A stretch of DNA of 64,000 nucleotides from Octopus vulgaris. Taxonomy: Eukaryota. Position 1 is the first letter of the stretch; every line of letters starts with the position of its first letter. Under the pieces are notes generated by a model, which had not been told where the DNA came from, ran no database searches, and saw nothing but the letters and a program-made list of their open reading frames with translations. Location: positions 62,124,001 through 62,188,000 of the forward strand of contig OX597824.1 of the NCBI GenBank assembly GCA_951406725.2. Direction: 5' to 3'. A program made the position numbers and the translations under genes. Positions 41,774 through 56,017 of this stretch are shown piece after piece.

Positions 41774-42185
41774 GGCGCAGGAGTGGCTGTGTGATAAGCA
41801 GCTTGCTAACCAACCACATGGTTCCGGGTTCAGTCCCACTGCGTGGAATCTAGGGCAAGAGACCTCTTCTATAGCCCCGGGCCGACCAAAGCCTTGTGGG
41901 TGGATTTGCTAGACTGAAACTGAAAGAAGCCTGTCGTATATATGTATATATATATATGTATATATATATTTGTATGTGTGTGTGTTTGTGTGTCTGTGTT
42001 TGTCCCACTAGCATTGCTTGACAACCGATGGTGGTTTGTTTACGTCCCCGTCACCTAGCGGTTCGGCAAAACAGCCCGATAGAATAACTACTGGGCTTAC
42101 AAGGAATAAGTCTCGGGGTCGATTTGCTCGACTAAAGGCGGTGCTCCACCATGGCCGCAGTCGAATGACTGAAACAAGTAAAAGA
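41774..42185 (+). mobile_element. SINE family B, full length with internal TA/TG microsatellite
   Basis: GGCGCAGGAGTGGCTGTGTG head, GGTTCAGTCCC B-box-like, tail GAAACAAGTAAAAGA. Confidence 0.92.
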
Positions 42186-42193
42186 GAGAGAGA

Positions 42194-42236
<43 letters not shown>

Positions 42237-43196
42237 TATATAGGAGGATAGACCATTATGCTAAAATTATATATATACAAATATATATATCGTCAATACG
42301 GAAAGAGCGGGTTCACTACTCAACAAAATGCCAAAACCACAATCGATGTTTATATGCATTTATGCAGCTACATTCTCGTGTATGCAAATGTGCACTTGCA
42401 TAGATTCATTTTATGAGTGGTATGTATCCAAATGCATTTTAAAGTACTCTCTATTTATGTTTTTGAATTTCTCGCCATTGGACGCACACCTACTTTTGAA
42501 GCTTAAGACACGATCCTTTTATTGTAATTTGTAGAAAATCAACTAGGTCTTACGTATATATGTAGTTTTGTTTTTATTTGTATTCTTATGCATATGTATG
42601 TATGTGCGTTTAATTTTATGCGTAAGCTTTGTTATTTTACATGTATATGAGTACATATACATACGTTTTATATATCTATACATTTGTAAATGCATATATC
42701 GCAGGTTAAACTTCTTTTGTGTTCTATATATTTTCAGACCCTTTAAAGGTCGGGATTGTAATGTCGTCAATATGTATACTGTGCCTTTGAACTAGACACT
42801 TCTCTGCGTATGTTGTATGCAAATATGCGATTGTTTGTAAATGCTGTTTTCAAGAAATTCAAATAGAGGCTTTTCGGAAAGTTTTACTGTTTTATAATAT
42901 TCTCCGTTCTCCAAACAGATTCGATTTAGTTACTTTGCTTTTCCTTGGAAAACAACAGCATTCCTGAATATTTCCGTGTAAATATGCCGTAACAAAGATC
43001 AGTGCAAATCTAATAATATACGAAAATGTGAATTTACGAATATATAAATAGTAGACGTTTCTGCATTATATAGTAGAAGTTATGCATCCTGCGGTAAGCC
43101 TCGTAATGTAGTTCCATAAGCACGATTATGTATACGTACGAACGTATGTGTATATGTAAGTATGTATTATTATATATATATATATATGTATGTATA

Positions 43197-43504
43197 ACCG
43201 CCGCCCTTTTCAAGCCTAGCCAGTCTCCTGGGCTCGGTTTACTGGTTGCTGTGGCATATGTGTTCCCCACAGCTGGACAGGACGCCAGTGAAGCCCAGCG
43301 TTACAAGCAGAGTGAGTGAGAGTGAGAGTGAGAGAAGGTTGTGGTGAAAGAGTACAACAGGGGTCGCCACCAACCCCTGCCGGAGCCTCGTGAAGCTTTT
43401 AGGAGTTTTCACTCAATAAACACATACAGCGCCCGGTCTGGGAATCCAAACCGCGATCCTACAACCGCATGCCCGCTGTCCAAACCACTAGGCATTGGAC
43501 CTCC
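43197..43504 (-). mobile_element. SINE family C (tRNA-like head)
   Basis: GGAGG..TGCCTAGTGGTT A-box-like and GGTTTGGATTCC B-box-like. Confidence 0.7.
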
Positions 43505-43509
43505 ATATA

Positions 43510-44270
43510 TATCTGTAAATATAATATGTGACAATTATTTGGTAGCCATGATAAAACTTCGAGTTTCGGATGCTAAGGTGGAAATCCACACCACCATCTC
43601 TTCAGTTATCCGGTCATCGGAAAATGCTATGAAAACTGACCGTTTTACAAAGAGAAATTACTATGTGATTCACTGTTATTAAGACAAAAGAGCTATTCGA
43701 ATGACCACTAAGTAAGGGGAGAGAGTAAAATAAGAAGGGGAAAAGTTCATAGTATTTACGTAAGCGCGTCTCTTCATACCTACACATGTGCGCCGTACAC
43801 CTACGTGCGTGCGCCTAAAAGTATACATTTATCCACACTCACTTGAAAACGTACACATCCTCACTCTCATCCTTCGCCAAATGTATATGTATATACGTAC
43901 AAACCTCCCCACACGCGCGCACCATAAAAGGTTCATACACAGGTCTATATACGCACAAGCACAAGGAAAAACAGGGTTAAGGGTAACAATACAGAAAAAA
44001 GCATAAGGGAGTATACAAAGAGTAAATCACGTCTATATACGCACTTACCCTTATGCACGCACACACACACGCCTATATACTCACATACCTGCAAACGTTT
44101 GCCTGTAAAAATATCTAACTATCAGTGGTAAGAAATACTTGCCTATATTGAAGGTCACCTCGGGTGAGTAGGGGTGTGTGAACCAGATGGTTTTCCTATT
44201 CCTATGTTTCCTCTTCTTTATTGTTAGGCTGGCGGCAGGTGTATAGGTTATTTCCTCGCTAAAATCACTT
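43510..44270 (-). mobile_element. Non-autonomous or deleted Naiad-like PLE
   Basis: RNRKTIWFTHPYSPEVTFNIGKYFL linker remnant, GT-rich UTR, hammerhead at the 3' end. Confidence 0.75.
43543..43617 (-). ncRNA. Type I hammerhead ribozyme, intact catalytic core
   Basis: GACCGGATAA-CTGAAGA-GATGGTGGTGTGG attt CCACCTTAGCATCC-GAAACTCGAAGTT-TTATCATGG. Confidence 0.8.
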
Positions 44271-44292
44271 GTCTTACCATTTTATCAATATA

Positions 44293-44328
<36 letters not shown>

Positions 44329-44403
44329 TGTATGTATATTAGTTTAACGCTCAAGCAGAATGGAAAAGTATTTAACCTTTCACATACATGTCTGTATATA
44401 GAT

Positions 44404-44482
<79 letters not shown>

Positions 44483-44989
44483 TGCAATAATATTTATTCC
44501 TACTTGCGTTAAGACGTTGAGTTATAAAAAGAAAAAAATATTTATTGCAGTAGATCCCATGAGAAAAACTCTCGTTCAGACATTTCAGTATAGAAAGCAG
44601 GCTTACTTCTGTCGCTAGCGGGGAGATAATTACCTATAAATTCCAGCACCCTGACCACCAGGTAACGCGATTTCGACCTTCCTTTGACTCATCGGTGATT
44701 GACGCTCCATCGTTAGAGATAGAAGGCACATCTTCCCGCAAACGATATATAGATAATTAGTGCTTGAACATGTACTGGCGCCGCGATTACCCTGTGAGCT
44801 TGTCAAAAATATATTTTAGCTACAGTGGCAGTATTAATAACCGGAGGTAAAAAATTTTTCTCACTTTAACGTAGATGTTCTGTCAGATCAAACATTATTG
44901 CGGTAGATAATACGAGAGAAACTCTCATATAGGCTTTTGGTGAAGAATGTACGCGTGTTTATATCGTTAGCAGGGAGATAAATCCCCAC

Positions 44990-46100
44990 CAAATAGGCAT
45001 ATGTTTATCCAAATTTATCAAATAGTGATTTCTCTGGAAAAGGGATAAAATTTCTACCGTGGTGTTTTCAACCTCCTGCGGAAAATGGGTTTAACTCCTG
45101 ACTTGATTCATACTGACATGTTTGATACATTAGACTTTGACGCACCAGCTTTATCATCAGTGCAAAAGTGGGCAGCCATGTGAAGAGTCTGGGTGTCCTG
45201 CGATTGCTATCACCGAGGACAACATGGATAATATTCAACACATGTGAGGATGACCGGCGATTGACTGTAAATCAAATAGCCAAATGCTATTAACACATTC
45301 CTTGAGAATGTTGAGAATATTCTGCTCATTAACATTTGTATGACAAAGGTTTCTGCTTGGTGAGTGCAACGTTTTCTGACACATGATCGAAAGAGCACCA
45401 GGTTGATCAAACCACGAGAAAATCTGACCTTGATTCAGGTCGATGTAACTGGTTTCCTAGAACGTTTTCCAACCCAGGAGTGTCGGTTATATCGTTTTCA
45501 GAGAAAATTCATGCAGTAGATATATCCCACCACGCCTACTCCAAAAGACCAAGGTCGCTTCATCTCCAGGGAAGGTGACGGTTTGTTTTTTAGAAGGCAA
45601 AAGGCATTGTGTTTATTAATTATCTTCGGAAGAGCCACGCCATCAATGGAGTGTACTGTGCCAACTTGCTGAGGTTATTAGAAACGGCTATGAAAACCAA
45701 ACGGCCATGAAAACTGACAAACATTGCCTTCTTTCATGAGGAAAATGTTCCTGCACGTAAGTCCTTAGTTTCAATGGCTGCTGTGAGTGATTGTAGCCAC
45801 TGTGTGTGATTATAGCTGCTGTGAGTGGCTGTCGCTTTGAACTGGTCGATCATAGTCCTTAATCTCCTGCTTTCGTCGCATCTGACTATTGTTTGTTCTT
45901 CAACATATAACAAAAGAGAACTTGAATCATTTGCCCAAGTGGATGAGAAAGCTTCTTTGTCAATGGACCCAAGAACTGTATTTTCGGTGGAGAAGTGTGT
46001 GGACTGCAAGTGGGGCTATTTTGAAAAACAAACCTTATTTGGTCACATTCTATGAAAGTGTCAGGATCAACCTGTAAAGTTTTTAGCAGACCTTCATAGC
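44990..46100 (+). mobile_element. mariner (DD34D-type) remnant
   Basis: HEENVPA, HSP*SPAFVASDYCLF, W.KCVD...YFEK. Confidence 0.85.
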
Positions 46101-46366
46101 TATCGATCTATAAAACGAATTTGATGTGTGTAATGTATAGGTTTGGATTTTTACGTATACATATTTTCTAACTTTACTTTAATTAAGGAATCAAAAAAAC
46201 AAAAAAAAAAATCATCAAATTCGTGAAATATGACAACAAACTAATTTCAAGAGGAATATTAAATAGTTTTCCATACCTAGATACATACATAAAACATACA
46301 TACATATATATACATACATACATACATACATACATACATACATACATACATACATACATACATACA

Positions 46367-46425
<59 letters not shown>

Positions 46426-48059
46426 AAAATAATAAATATAATATTCATGTGTTTTCACATGCATATATGTATAATTATACACATATGTACGTGTAGAATT
46501 TTACATAAGCGAATATTAGTGTTACTTCCAATTGGCGCCAGAGAAACTTTAAGAAAACAGAAATCAAATTACATATATTCTGCTATAAATCTCTATTTTC
46601 CTGGGAAACCAGCTCTGAATATTTCAGGTATATTAATATCATATATTATAACCTAACGGTATCAACGTATATATCGAGACTTATTGCTGGATTGTAAAAC
46701 ATTATGCGTAATATAAATAATACTATTACTTTGTCTTTTCTATAGTTATTTGTATTGTTTCAAAAGTTCGCTGTCGTAAAGCTCTTGTTGTTGCTGTTGT
46801 TGACATTATTACTATTACTCTTTCGCCTTGTACAGTTGCGATACTTTCTCACTGTTCTTTATTGAAATACTAACCTAATGGGCACGAGAAAATGTAGATG
46901 CTACTAAATATTCACTCGTCAGGCAAGGAACTGCAACCATTTCTCTCTCCCATTCTCGCATTATCAAATAAAGCAAATAACACACAAGATTTTGTAACAC
47001 TAAATACCATTAAACAGAATGGATACCAAAGACTAGATATCATTATTGCAGTATGTAATTCTGAAAGTGGAGCGTATAGCACACCATAAAGGAGTAGCAT
47101 GATGAATGCTGTATGACGGATAGCATATCTAGGGTTGTCGTCCGTACTTCTGAAAGAATAAAAGCAATATGTGCCAAAAAATAATAATGATGTTTTTTCT
47201 CGTGACATAATTCTATTGTAGCTAACTTTTCACTTTTAACATTATATAATGATAATAGGAAATATACTTTTAACATTTATCAAATATACAAAATTGACTC
47301 TGAAAATTTAAAATTGACACGCTGCCTAAATTCTGCTACACAGCATTAAACATGGAGCTTTAGTTTGACATCATCTGAAGTATAGAGGGAAATACTTGAT
47401 ATGTACGTATGTGTGTGTGTTGTGTGTATGTGTGTGTGTGTGTGTTTGTCTATGTAAGTGAATTAGGTGCATGTATATGGGTGGGAAAGTGTATGTATCT
47501 TTATATGTTTACAAACATATATATATATGCATTATGCACATATATACACACACATACTTATACGTATGTGTGCACGCGCATGTTTAGAATAATAAGGCCG
47601 CAATTCAATTTATCGGAAACTCCGATGTTTCCCGACATATCTCTGTTCGTTCTCTTGTGAAAGATTTAGCAAGTGGTACTATATTATGTCATTTAAAATA
47701 GCTCTTCTAATGTAAATCAATTATTTGATTTATAGAAAGACACCAAGGTTATTTCACGAAAGATACCGGAACTTATTCAAGTGGTTGCAAATCATACATA
47801 CATATGTATGCTGCAGGGAGGTTGTACCCGTGGCAGCAAGTCTCTGAACCCTGACACACAAGGCAAAATTCTCAGCGTGTTGCGGATTTATCTTCGATCG
47901 CACAGCACATAATATTTGGCCTCCAAAACCGCTCTACTGCAAACGATTCCACTGCTCACACTTATACACAGCGAGCGAGAGAGAGACTGAGATAAGTGTT
48001 CGTATGCATATGCGTGTGTTTGTGTGTGTGTGAGTGAGTGAATGTGTGTGTGCGTGTGT

Positions 48060-48660
48060 TTGTGTACAGGGTTTAACATGTAAACTGGGACAAATTCCAT
48101 ATGGGTATGTTTCTAATTGTATAGATTTTGTTGGAGCCTAAGTTTTAAGAATTACTAGCTTGAATAATCACTTATATCATTTTGTATTTCAGATTGGAAA
48201 AACACTGAATGTTAATAAAGAATTAAAATATAGAAGTGTAATTGCCGAATTAATCTGCGCCGACAGAAGTGCTGGGGAGAGCCGCAAAGTATTCCAAATT
48301 TACTGTTTCAGGAGTCGTAGCCAATTTGAAGGAAAATCAGAATATCCAGAGAAAGCCTCACCTTCCTCGTAGTGAGCAAAAAACGCACACCTCACGTCTT
48401 AACAGGACTTTAAAGATCGATTGAGTCGAATCCATCAAAATCGATGGCGAAGTTGACTCAGGATCGAGGAATCAGTAAAATGACCGTTTCTAGGGCTGTT
48501 AGACAAGTACTCCATATGAAATCTTACTTGAGAAGACATCGTAACATCCTAACTATCCGTCCCAAAGCCATTCGCTCTCACAGAAGTCCCAAAAGTCTTA
48601 GTCATCTGAAACATCCTGATGGAGACGTCTGCATATTCGTGCATGAAAAGAAGATAGACG
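48060..48660 (+). mobile_element. maT 5' remnant (HTH region)
   Basis: NPSKSMAKLTQDRGISKMTVSRAV..L.MKSY; FVHEKK. Confidence 0.75.
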
Positions 48661-48774
48661 AATATATATATTTAAGTAAGCCATCAAAAAAGAAAATATT
48701 TTCATCATACGTTGCAGTATCATCCATTCGGTGATAATGAATATGAATCATCCAAAATATATTCTTTTCTAGTC

Positions 48775-48922
48775 TAGACACAAGGTCCGAAATTTTTGGT
48801 GAGGGAGCCATTCGATTATATCGATCCCAGTACGCAATTGGTACTTAATTTATCGGACCCGAAAGGATGAATGGCAAGGGTTACCTCAGCGGAATGTGAA
48901 CTCAGAACGTAAAGACAGACAG
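48775..48922 (-). mobile_element. SINE family A, partial
   Basis: Core in reverse complement. Confidence 0.8.
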
Positions 48923-49669
48923 GCTTATCTTCCAAAGTATATTATATTATCAATGCCAGTAAAATATGCATTTAGTACGATTCTGGTGAGTGACAGTTTT
49001 AATACAGACATTGTTACAAAGGCTCAGTGAAACATGAATAAATGATGTAACAGTACACACATGGTTGGAGAACTCTCATTTTGCCATCCTGCTTTTGAAT
49101 ATCTATGAGAAAATTCTAGTATATGTTTCCATGAATATATTTATAGCAACGAAATCCATATTTCGCACATGACCGTACAGTCACAAATAATTCCGTTTAT
49201 ACGTCCCTCATTTCAGATGGGAAATAAAAATGTACAGGACTTAAGGAAAAATCTTTCTTGCAGTCCAAAATTTATTTCACTCTTTTTTTTCAGACGGAGA
49301 ATCTTTGTCACCTGTGTGGAATACGAACATATTCACTAAATAATTATTTATGTTTATATAGATAAAGGAATTGGCCACTTTGCCCACGGGAGATGTTACG
49401 ATGACATCGATGTTATTTATGTTCATGATCTTTAAATTTTGTTTCGCAGTTTTCATAAATTATAAAAAAAATATAGACGTAAAAAATATACAAATCTTCA
49501 CATGCTCTAATTCTAAATACTACAGATATAAAAATAACGAGTCTGATTTTGCTTTTTCATATGCATTTATCGTAAATCATAGTTATTATTAAATGTTAAA
49601 AGCAGTTATACATTTATCAAACTAATGAGAAATATTAAGAAAGAGGAACCAGTGTTTTTCTACAGTTGA

Positions 49670-50450
49670 AAGGGTCGTATTTTGACACTACAAGAGGCCA
49701 GACATCAGGGGAATACCTATACACTAAATATTGCTATCCAACTGAGTGTCAGTTGAGAATGAGAGCACTACATTGAGACAAGCAATACGATGCGTCTGAG
49801 GGACCAAGGTGTAACATACCAGATGATACTTCTCAAAACGATATATCAGCCCGTCCGAGACCCAGCCACAATGGATGGCAAACCATTTGTTTTGGTGCGA
49901 CACGATTTCAACCAAAGGCAGAGGGGAACAAACGTATACACCGCAGCCGCTGAGTTGACTTCATGTCGCATAGGCCATCTCTCGGCCTTTAATCACAGTG
50001 CTGTGGAGAACCCTGTCGACGAGGTTACGGTAAGAGGTTATCAATGAGAGAAATACTATCAAAGTCTATGAGAACCGGAGACGGAGACCGAACGCCGAAG
50101 CCACCATATCTGTTCAGTAAGGTGGACTGTTGGCACCCAGTGTCGTCAACCAGAACGTTGTATTACCCCCACCCAGCGATCCACTTGATACAGGCGTCGA
50201 AATCTATTGCAAAACATGTTTCTTTTATCGGGCTACTCTTCGTTTTTGCAAGAATAAATTTTGGTGTTCACCTGGAAATTCATATTTTCAATCTTATGAA
50301 TTCCACCCGGGGATTCATTACATACTGTCATGCATTTTATTGGAGCAAGACTTATGTCGTCGAAGACAAGACGGTGTTTACATCGGTGATTCTCAATTCT
50401 AAAATGTCGTCTCCCTTACAGTATGGACATTTTGCTCTGCCGGTGGTGGT
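49670..50450 (-). mobile_element. CRE-clade LINE remnant
   Basis: PK...SSP...FD...NVLVDDTGCQQSTLL.RYGGFGVRS, then QNKW and ACLNVV pattern. Confidence 0.75.
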
Positions 50451-51218
50451 GGTGGGGGGGATTTGAAGGTTGGTGAAATAATTTCGTTGAACAGCTAAAT
50501 TGCAATTCTTATATCACTGTACACTACTAACAGAGTTCCAGTATAATTATTCACTGCTTGACTTGAGAAATGGTTATTCATGTTTTTCTATATCCCTTTA
50601 TGTTTTGTAGATCATTTTTTTTATATTTTAATTTCTTAATGACATTCCTTGATAACAACGTCAGTGTTTGAATAATACACATTATAGAGCTTCTCTTTTC
50701 ATAATGAAACTCAAAAATTATTTTAATAAAGATGGTTCGTAATATTTCATGAATTTTATCAGAAATCTATTGAATCCGACACCAAGGTAATTATTATGCA
50801 CGGCAAACTTTGCATCGATATCCAAATTATGTCTGGCGTAAACTGATCGCATTAACATTTCTCCATAAACATTAAGATTTCTCCATAAAGTCTCGTGGCT
50901 GGTGCAGTAATCGAGGGGAAAATTTATTATTAGTGATGAAATTTTAACGAAGGTAGAAATTTCTGGTTTATCCATGCATTTTGGTTAAACCCGTTCACAA
51001 AATAGCTCTTTCCACATCAAGATGAAAACTGGATGCGTTAAAGGATATTGTATATCTGCTTTGCGATTTTTTCCACTAATTTCAAGTATTTGATGGTCAT
51101 CATACAACAGTGCACCACCAAGTATTCTTGACCACTACATCAATACCCATATATCTTTTAGTGTGATTTTTTATGTGCGCGTGTGCGTGAGGGTACTTGT
51201 TTCATTAATATTATTATC

Positions 51219-51417
51219 AAAGCGGCAAACTACCGGAATTGTATGCACACCGGACAAGACGCTTAGCGACTTTTTCTCTGTTTTCACGTTGTAAATACAA
51301 ATACCATCGAGGTCAGCTTTACTTTTCATTTCTGAAATCAATGAAATTTGAACTAATCGAACACTAAGGTCGAATGTAATAAACTAGGCCCGACCGCAAA
51401 ATTTCCGTCCTTGTGCC

Positions 51418-51418
<1 letters not shown>
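51219..51418 (+). mobile_element. SINE family A, old copy
   Basis: Degenerate head and core. Confidence 0.7.
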
Positions 51419-51450
<32 letters not shown>

Positions 51451-51454
<4 letters not shown>

Positions 51455-51672
51455 GTGTACATTTGTATACACAAAAGAGGTGGCCCTAACAGGACACACC
51501 TTACATGCTGAAAAGGGCAGGTAAAACCCAAACCACGCATACGAATAATTTCAAAGGGAATGAAAAATAAAAACATTTCAATAGTTACTGTGGTTTGGGT
51601 TTAACTGCCCTTTTAAATATGTAAGGTGTCTTGTTAGAGTCACCTCTTTTGTGTATAGAAATGTACACTAAT
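51451..51672. repeat. Fold-back element, ~85-bp arms
   Basis: attagtgtacattt.tatacacaaaagaggtg...aaaacccaaaccac and its inverse. Confidence 0.85.
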
Positions 51673-53619
51673 TTATATGAAAAATATATGTTGTCTATTG
51701 ATTCTATTACGTATGCTGGCCACTGGTAGAATATTTCTCTAAATTTTCTTCCATAAATATTTTCTTAAGGAATGAAGATTCAAGGGGATCAGTTACATGA
51801 ATGGTGGATCAGCGAGTCAGGTTGAATAAACGGAATCGTGTATATTACGGAAGCATAGGAACAAATGCCTACATACTGACAGATCATTTTTCAAGTTGTA
51901 TATGCGATTCCTTTGGCTATTACTAGTCAGGTAATCATGAAGTGGCTTAAACTGGTGACTTTCGAATGCTTCAAATGTGTAATTCGTGTATATTCATTTG
52001 ATGAAAAGTTATATTTTTAACAAGATGTAATAGATGTAATAGTTCTGTTCATCAATTAAAAATATGCGTGGGAAACAGCTGTAGATAATGAAGCATTTAT
52101 CGAACTGTTGCAATATATATATATATATATATCATTGGAAAAGTTTACCTGATATATATTTGGTATTTGCTATTCTGCTAGTGTAATATCCAAGCTCAAG
52201 AAACGAAACGTACAACCAAATATTATAAGATGTCAATAGTTGAAGGAAATATTATCGCGTTTCCATAATTTTTAATTATATCAGGAATTAGTAACTGCCC
52301 TATATTGAAATATTCATGCTGAAACAGATTGTAAGAATCTCATTTTAGAATAACATTTGTTCTGTTATCAGGTAGGGATTCGAAATTTTCTTGACAGCTC
52401 TGTTCGAGCTTTGCTTACAGTCGCCACGTTAATTATAATTTAGTGTGGAAATCGAATTGAAAGAGTAGAAGCAAGTGTATTAAATCGATACATGGGTATA
52501 TAACACATAATCAATAATTCCCTAATTGTTTCTTTAGCTGTAGCATGCATACAAATCAAAATGATTCTATGAAGTGATGGTTGTATACGAGTATCCTCAA
52601 TCTCGATGTACGAGAAGTTGGGTATATGAGAGCTTTATATCATCGTAGCGACTTTTATTGGCATTTCTGCTCTCACGCTGTCAATTAGCACTTAAAAGCT
52701 CTTCATATTTCTTTCACAACGCGTTCAGAGGGAAATAGGATGAATGTACATATCTAACATTTCCCCTATTCATTACAGTTACTGCAGCAGAAATAGAGAG
52801 GGTCGGGGTAGACTGAAGAACATAAAAGGAGAGAGTTGTTTCTACTGTGATACCACTCAACATTGTATTCTCGCAGTAACGATATCAACATAAGAAATTG
52901 ATTACCATATCTCTTTTTAAATAATCTACATTTTAAAATTAATTTTGGAAGTAATAAAACATTTATTAGAATATATTTGTCCTTATACAGTCAGTGTTTA
53001 GAACTAACTAGCATGGATTCTTTGTTGTCGTAAGGTTTTGATTGAAAAATTAAATCCTCAGAGTTTGTCAGATGGGTCTGTTTCATAATAATCAAATACT
53101 CGGGGTGTCAAACTAAAACTGATTCCAGCCACCAGGAAATTACGAATTTTATTCTTGAAAACTAATTACCATCCCAATAAATTCACAATGTAGCAGCATA
53201 TAGATGTTCCATTACGTGTTATTGAACTTAAATATTAGGCACGGTTCAAGTGAACGGTAAATGTAATGATTTTAGAATAGAAATGTGGGTCCAATACAAC
53301 CTCTTGGTGTTTGATGATTAATAAATATAACAAGAGAAAGGATGAATGGACGATTGTTAGTTAACTGGATAACGAAACTGAAATTTATGTATTACTATTA
53401 ACCCCAACATCATATGTCTTATAGGAGAAGATTCGGTAACTTAGAGGAAACTATTTAAAAGATAATGAAGAATTGTAACGGTTCAAAGTTCTAAAAGATC
53501 TGACTGTAAAAGAACAGCTCAGTCGCCTGATCCAAGAAACGCTCATTGGTGAACTTATTACAGGCAAGATATTTAAAGTTTAGATATAAGTATACATAAA
53601 ATTATATGAACTTCTTTCA

Positions 53620-53990
53620 GTTTCTCTACATTAAACACTACAGAGTAGAAATAATAGATCATATCGTCTCTGGCTGCCCAGTCATAGCTAAGAAGGAATA
53701 TATTCACAGAAACGACAGAGTTGGGATCTATATAAATTAGAAGCTATGCTACTACTATAGAATAAAAAAAAGAAAAAAAGATGTTATAGGCACACGCCAG
53801 AAAAGGTCACAGAAAGTGAGAAAGCAGAATTACTCTGGGATATGCCAACACACGCAGATAGAGAAATAAAAGCCAATAGGCCGGATATAGTTATCAGAGA
53901 TCACCAAGAAAAAGTAGTTTCCAATCGATGGATCGATACCTATATTTCTCTAAAAGAAACGGAGAAACTTCAAAATACACTGATGTGTTG
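53620..53990 (+). mobile_element. Dong/R4 RLE fragment
   Basis: IDHIVSGCPV, LLWDMP..DREIKANRPDIV. Confidence 0.85.
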
Positions 53991-54480
53991 TTGCTTGGTC
54001 TACATCAGTACTTCGACTTCCAAATGTATACTGCCCATGCAGACGTTTCTGTCTTCACCTCTCCTCAATTTGTTTCTGTCCGTTTCTTTTTTTTTTTGCA
54101 GTCTGCTCGACCCATTTTGCTTGTTTTGTTGAAGTGGTTTCAAGTTCTTCAAATATTTCAGGATTAATGCCAAGTCTCCTTGCGAATTTGCAAGCTTCCT
54201 TGACAATAGAATGTGGTTTTTTGCTGCTATCGTGTTTGCACGCATGTCGCAGCGTCCAGTCCTTTGGACTGGATAAGTACTTGTTCGTAGCTATTTTGGA
54301 GTCTTATAGCACAGTTCTACCTGCATCATTACTCGTCCCCATTACTTCTACGTAGGTACAGGCGATTAACATCTGCTTTTGGGTGATGCATGTTCCTAGA
54401 AGTTAGTTGTTTTTTCGTCTTCCTGTCCATGCGTTGGGGATTTACTTTTCTTGTCTTCCTGTCCAGGCGTGGGAGGTCTT
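53990..54480 (-). mobile_element. Dong/R4 RT C-terminal fragment
   Basis: MHHPKADVNRLYLRRS. Confidence 0.8.
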
Positions 54481-54523
54481 GTTTTCTTGTTTTCCTATTA
54501 TTATTATTAATATTATTATTATT

Positions 54524-55078
54524 GAGTGAGAGAGCAGTTCATGCCATCAAAGTGACACTGGGGTAAAATATACGAAGCCCAATATACCCATCATGACTAC
54601 CCGTCTGATAAAGGTACACCAGGTACATGCATCACAACCATATGTGCGCGACATGGTGATCTCATATCAAGATAAACAGCACATGACCTTGCAGGTGGGG
54701 CCCAGTTAGAATTTTCTTCAGTTTGAGTAGCCCATCCCGCTCAAACGGCCCCTGAATAAGGGTTGTTTAAGGATGTTGAAAGAACCACCCATGTTTCCAG
54801 AGGTGAACTATTCAAACCCCAAAGAATCCCTCTCAACACATGGCTATGATGCTCCCCCACTACTTCTGCTCGTGATCAGAGATGCACATATCGTCAGCCA
54901 CTAAGGGACATGCTCAACTGGTTAAGGTCAAACAACTGACAAGCAAATCTGTGGTATTGAGCAGAATATTTGCTGTAGCCCATCTTTTATACCAAGACAA
55001 AACAATGTACATGATAACACTTCCAATCAGTTAAGATCAGAAGCCATGAGAGCCACTGCCTGGTACTGCATCAGGGCA
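54524..55078 (-). mobile_element. 555-bp non-coding element inserted in (TAA)n, copy 1
   Basis: About 98% identical to 63203-63757; strand inferred from target orientation. Confidence 0.9.
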
Positions 55079-55079
55079 A

Positions 55080-55134
<55 letters not shown>

Positions 55135-56017
55135 GTGTTGTTGTTGTTGTTGTTGTTATTCCGGATTTATGTCCTAACAGCATTTCCTCACTCTTTACAT
55201 TTTGAACTGAAATATCTGTGAGCTCCGATTTCCTGTTCATCATTTCGGGATCTATAAAAGTACCAGTGGAGCTCGGCGGTGGGGCGTCATTGTAATCGAC
55301 TGCTCCCACCCGCTCCTACTTACTGATCTTGTGCCAAAATATGAAATCATTATCATTATTGTTATTATAATTTTATTATTATTATTATTGTTGTTGTTGT
55401 TCCTGTTGCTGTTTACCTCAGCTAATTTACTGGCGAATATAACAAAGTCTCAGATGATCCCCAAGAAGACAATCTTCATTCGGATTTCGGGAATGTTGCG
55501 TAGGATGTGAACAGTTTTCATATGCTCCTATTTTTTCCGCCCAGTGAATTTCAATAACCAAGGCTTCAACATTTGCAAATTTACAAAAACTTTACCTTCT
55601 TCAATGACCACAGTATTTTTTATCCCTTACATTTCAAATTATCATTAGCCAAAAATATCTCCAAGACGGTGCTCAGCATAGCCTCAGTCTGTAACGAGTA
55701 AAAGATAACATATATAAGATAATATAACAGACAATGCCAGAAATTATTGAAATTCATATAACAGAAGTAATTAAAAAAAGGTACGGGGCAATTGAAATTA
55801 AAATGATAATTAAAGATTAAAGGCTATCGTTGAATAAGTTCCAGAATTTCAATGAAATTGGGCAAATTAAAAATAAAAACAACTGTATTTTATGTTTATT
55901 ACTTAATTATGATAGCAAAACAAATATGTATAAATCTTACATGAATACTTTACTAAAAAATTTCAACATGGCTGGACTACGATTTTTTTTCCGGTGGCTG
56001 GACTATGATTTTTTATA

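Noticed and set aside
41774-41845. tRNA-like sequence
   Set aside because: Head of a SINE, not a tRNA gene
49666-50466. Plus-strand ORFs with a splice-like acceptor
   Set aside because: Antisense to a CRE LINE remnant
50650-51150. Possible very old RT fragment on the minus strand
   Set aside because: Only faint motif resemblance (HETLW..YG); too degraded to call
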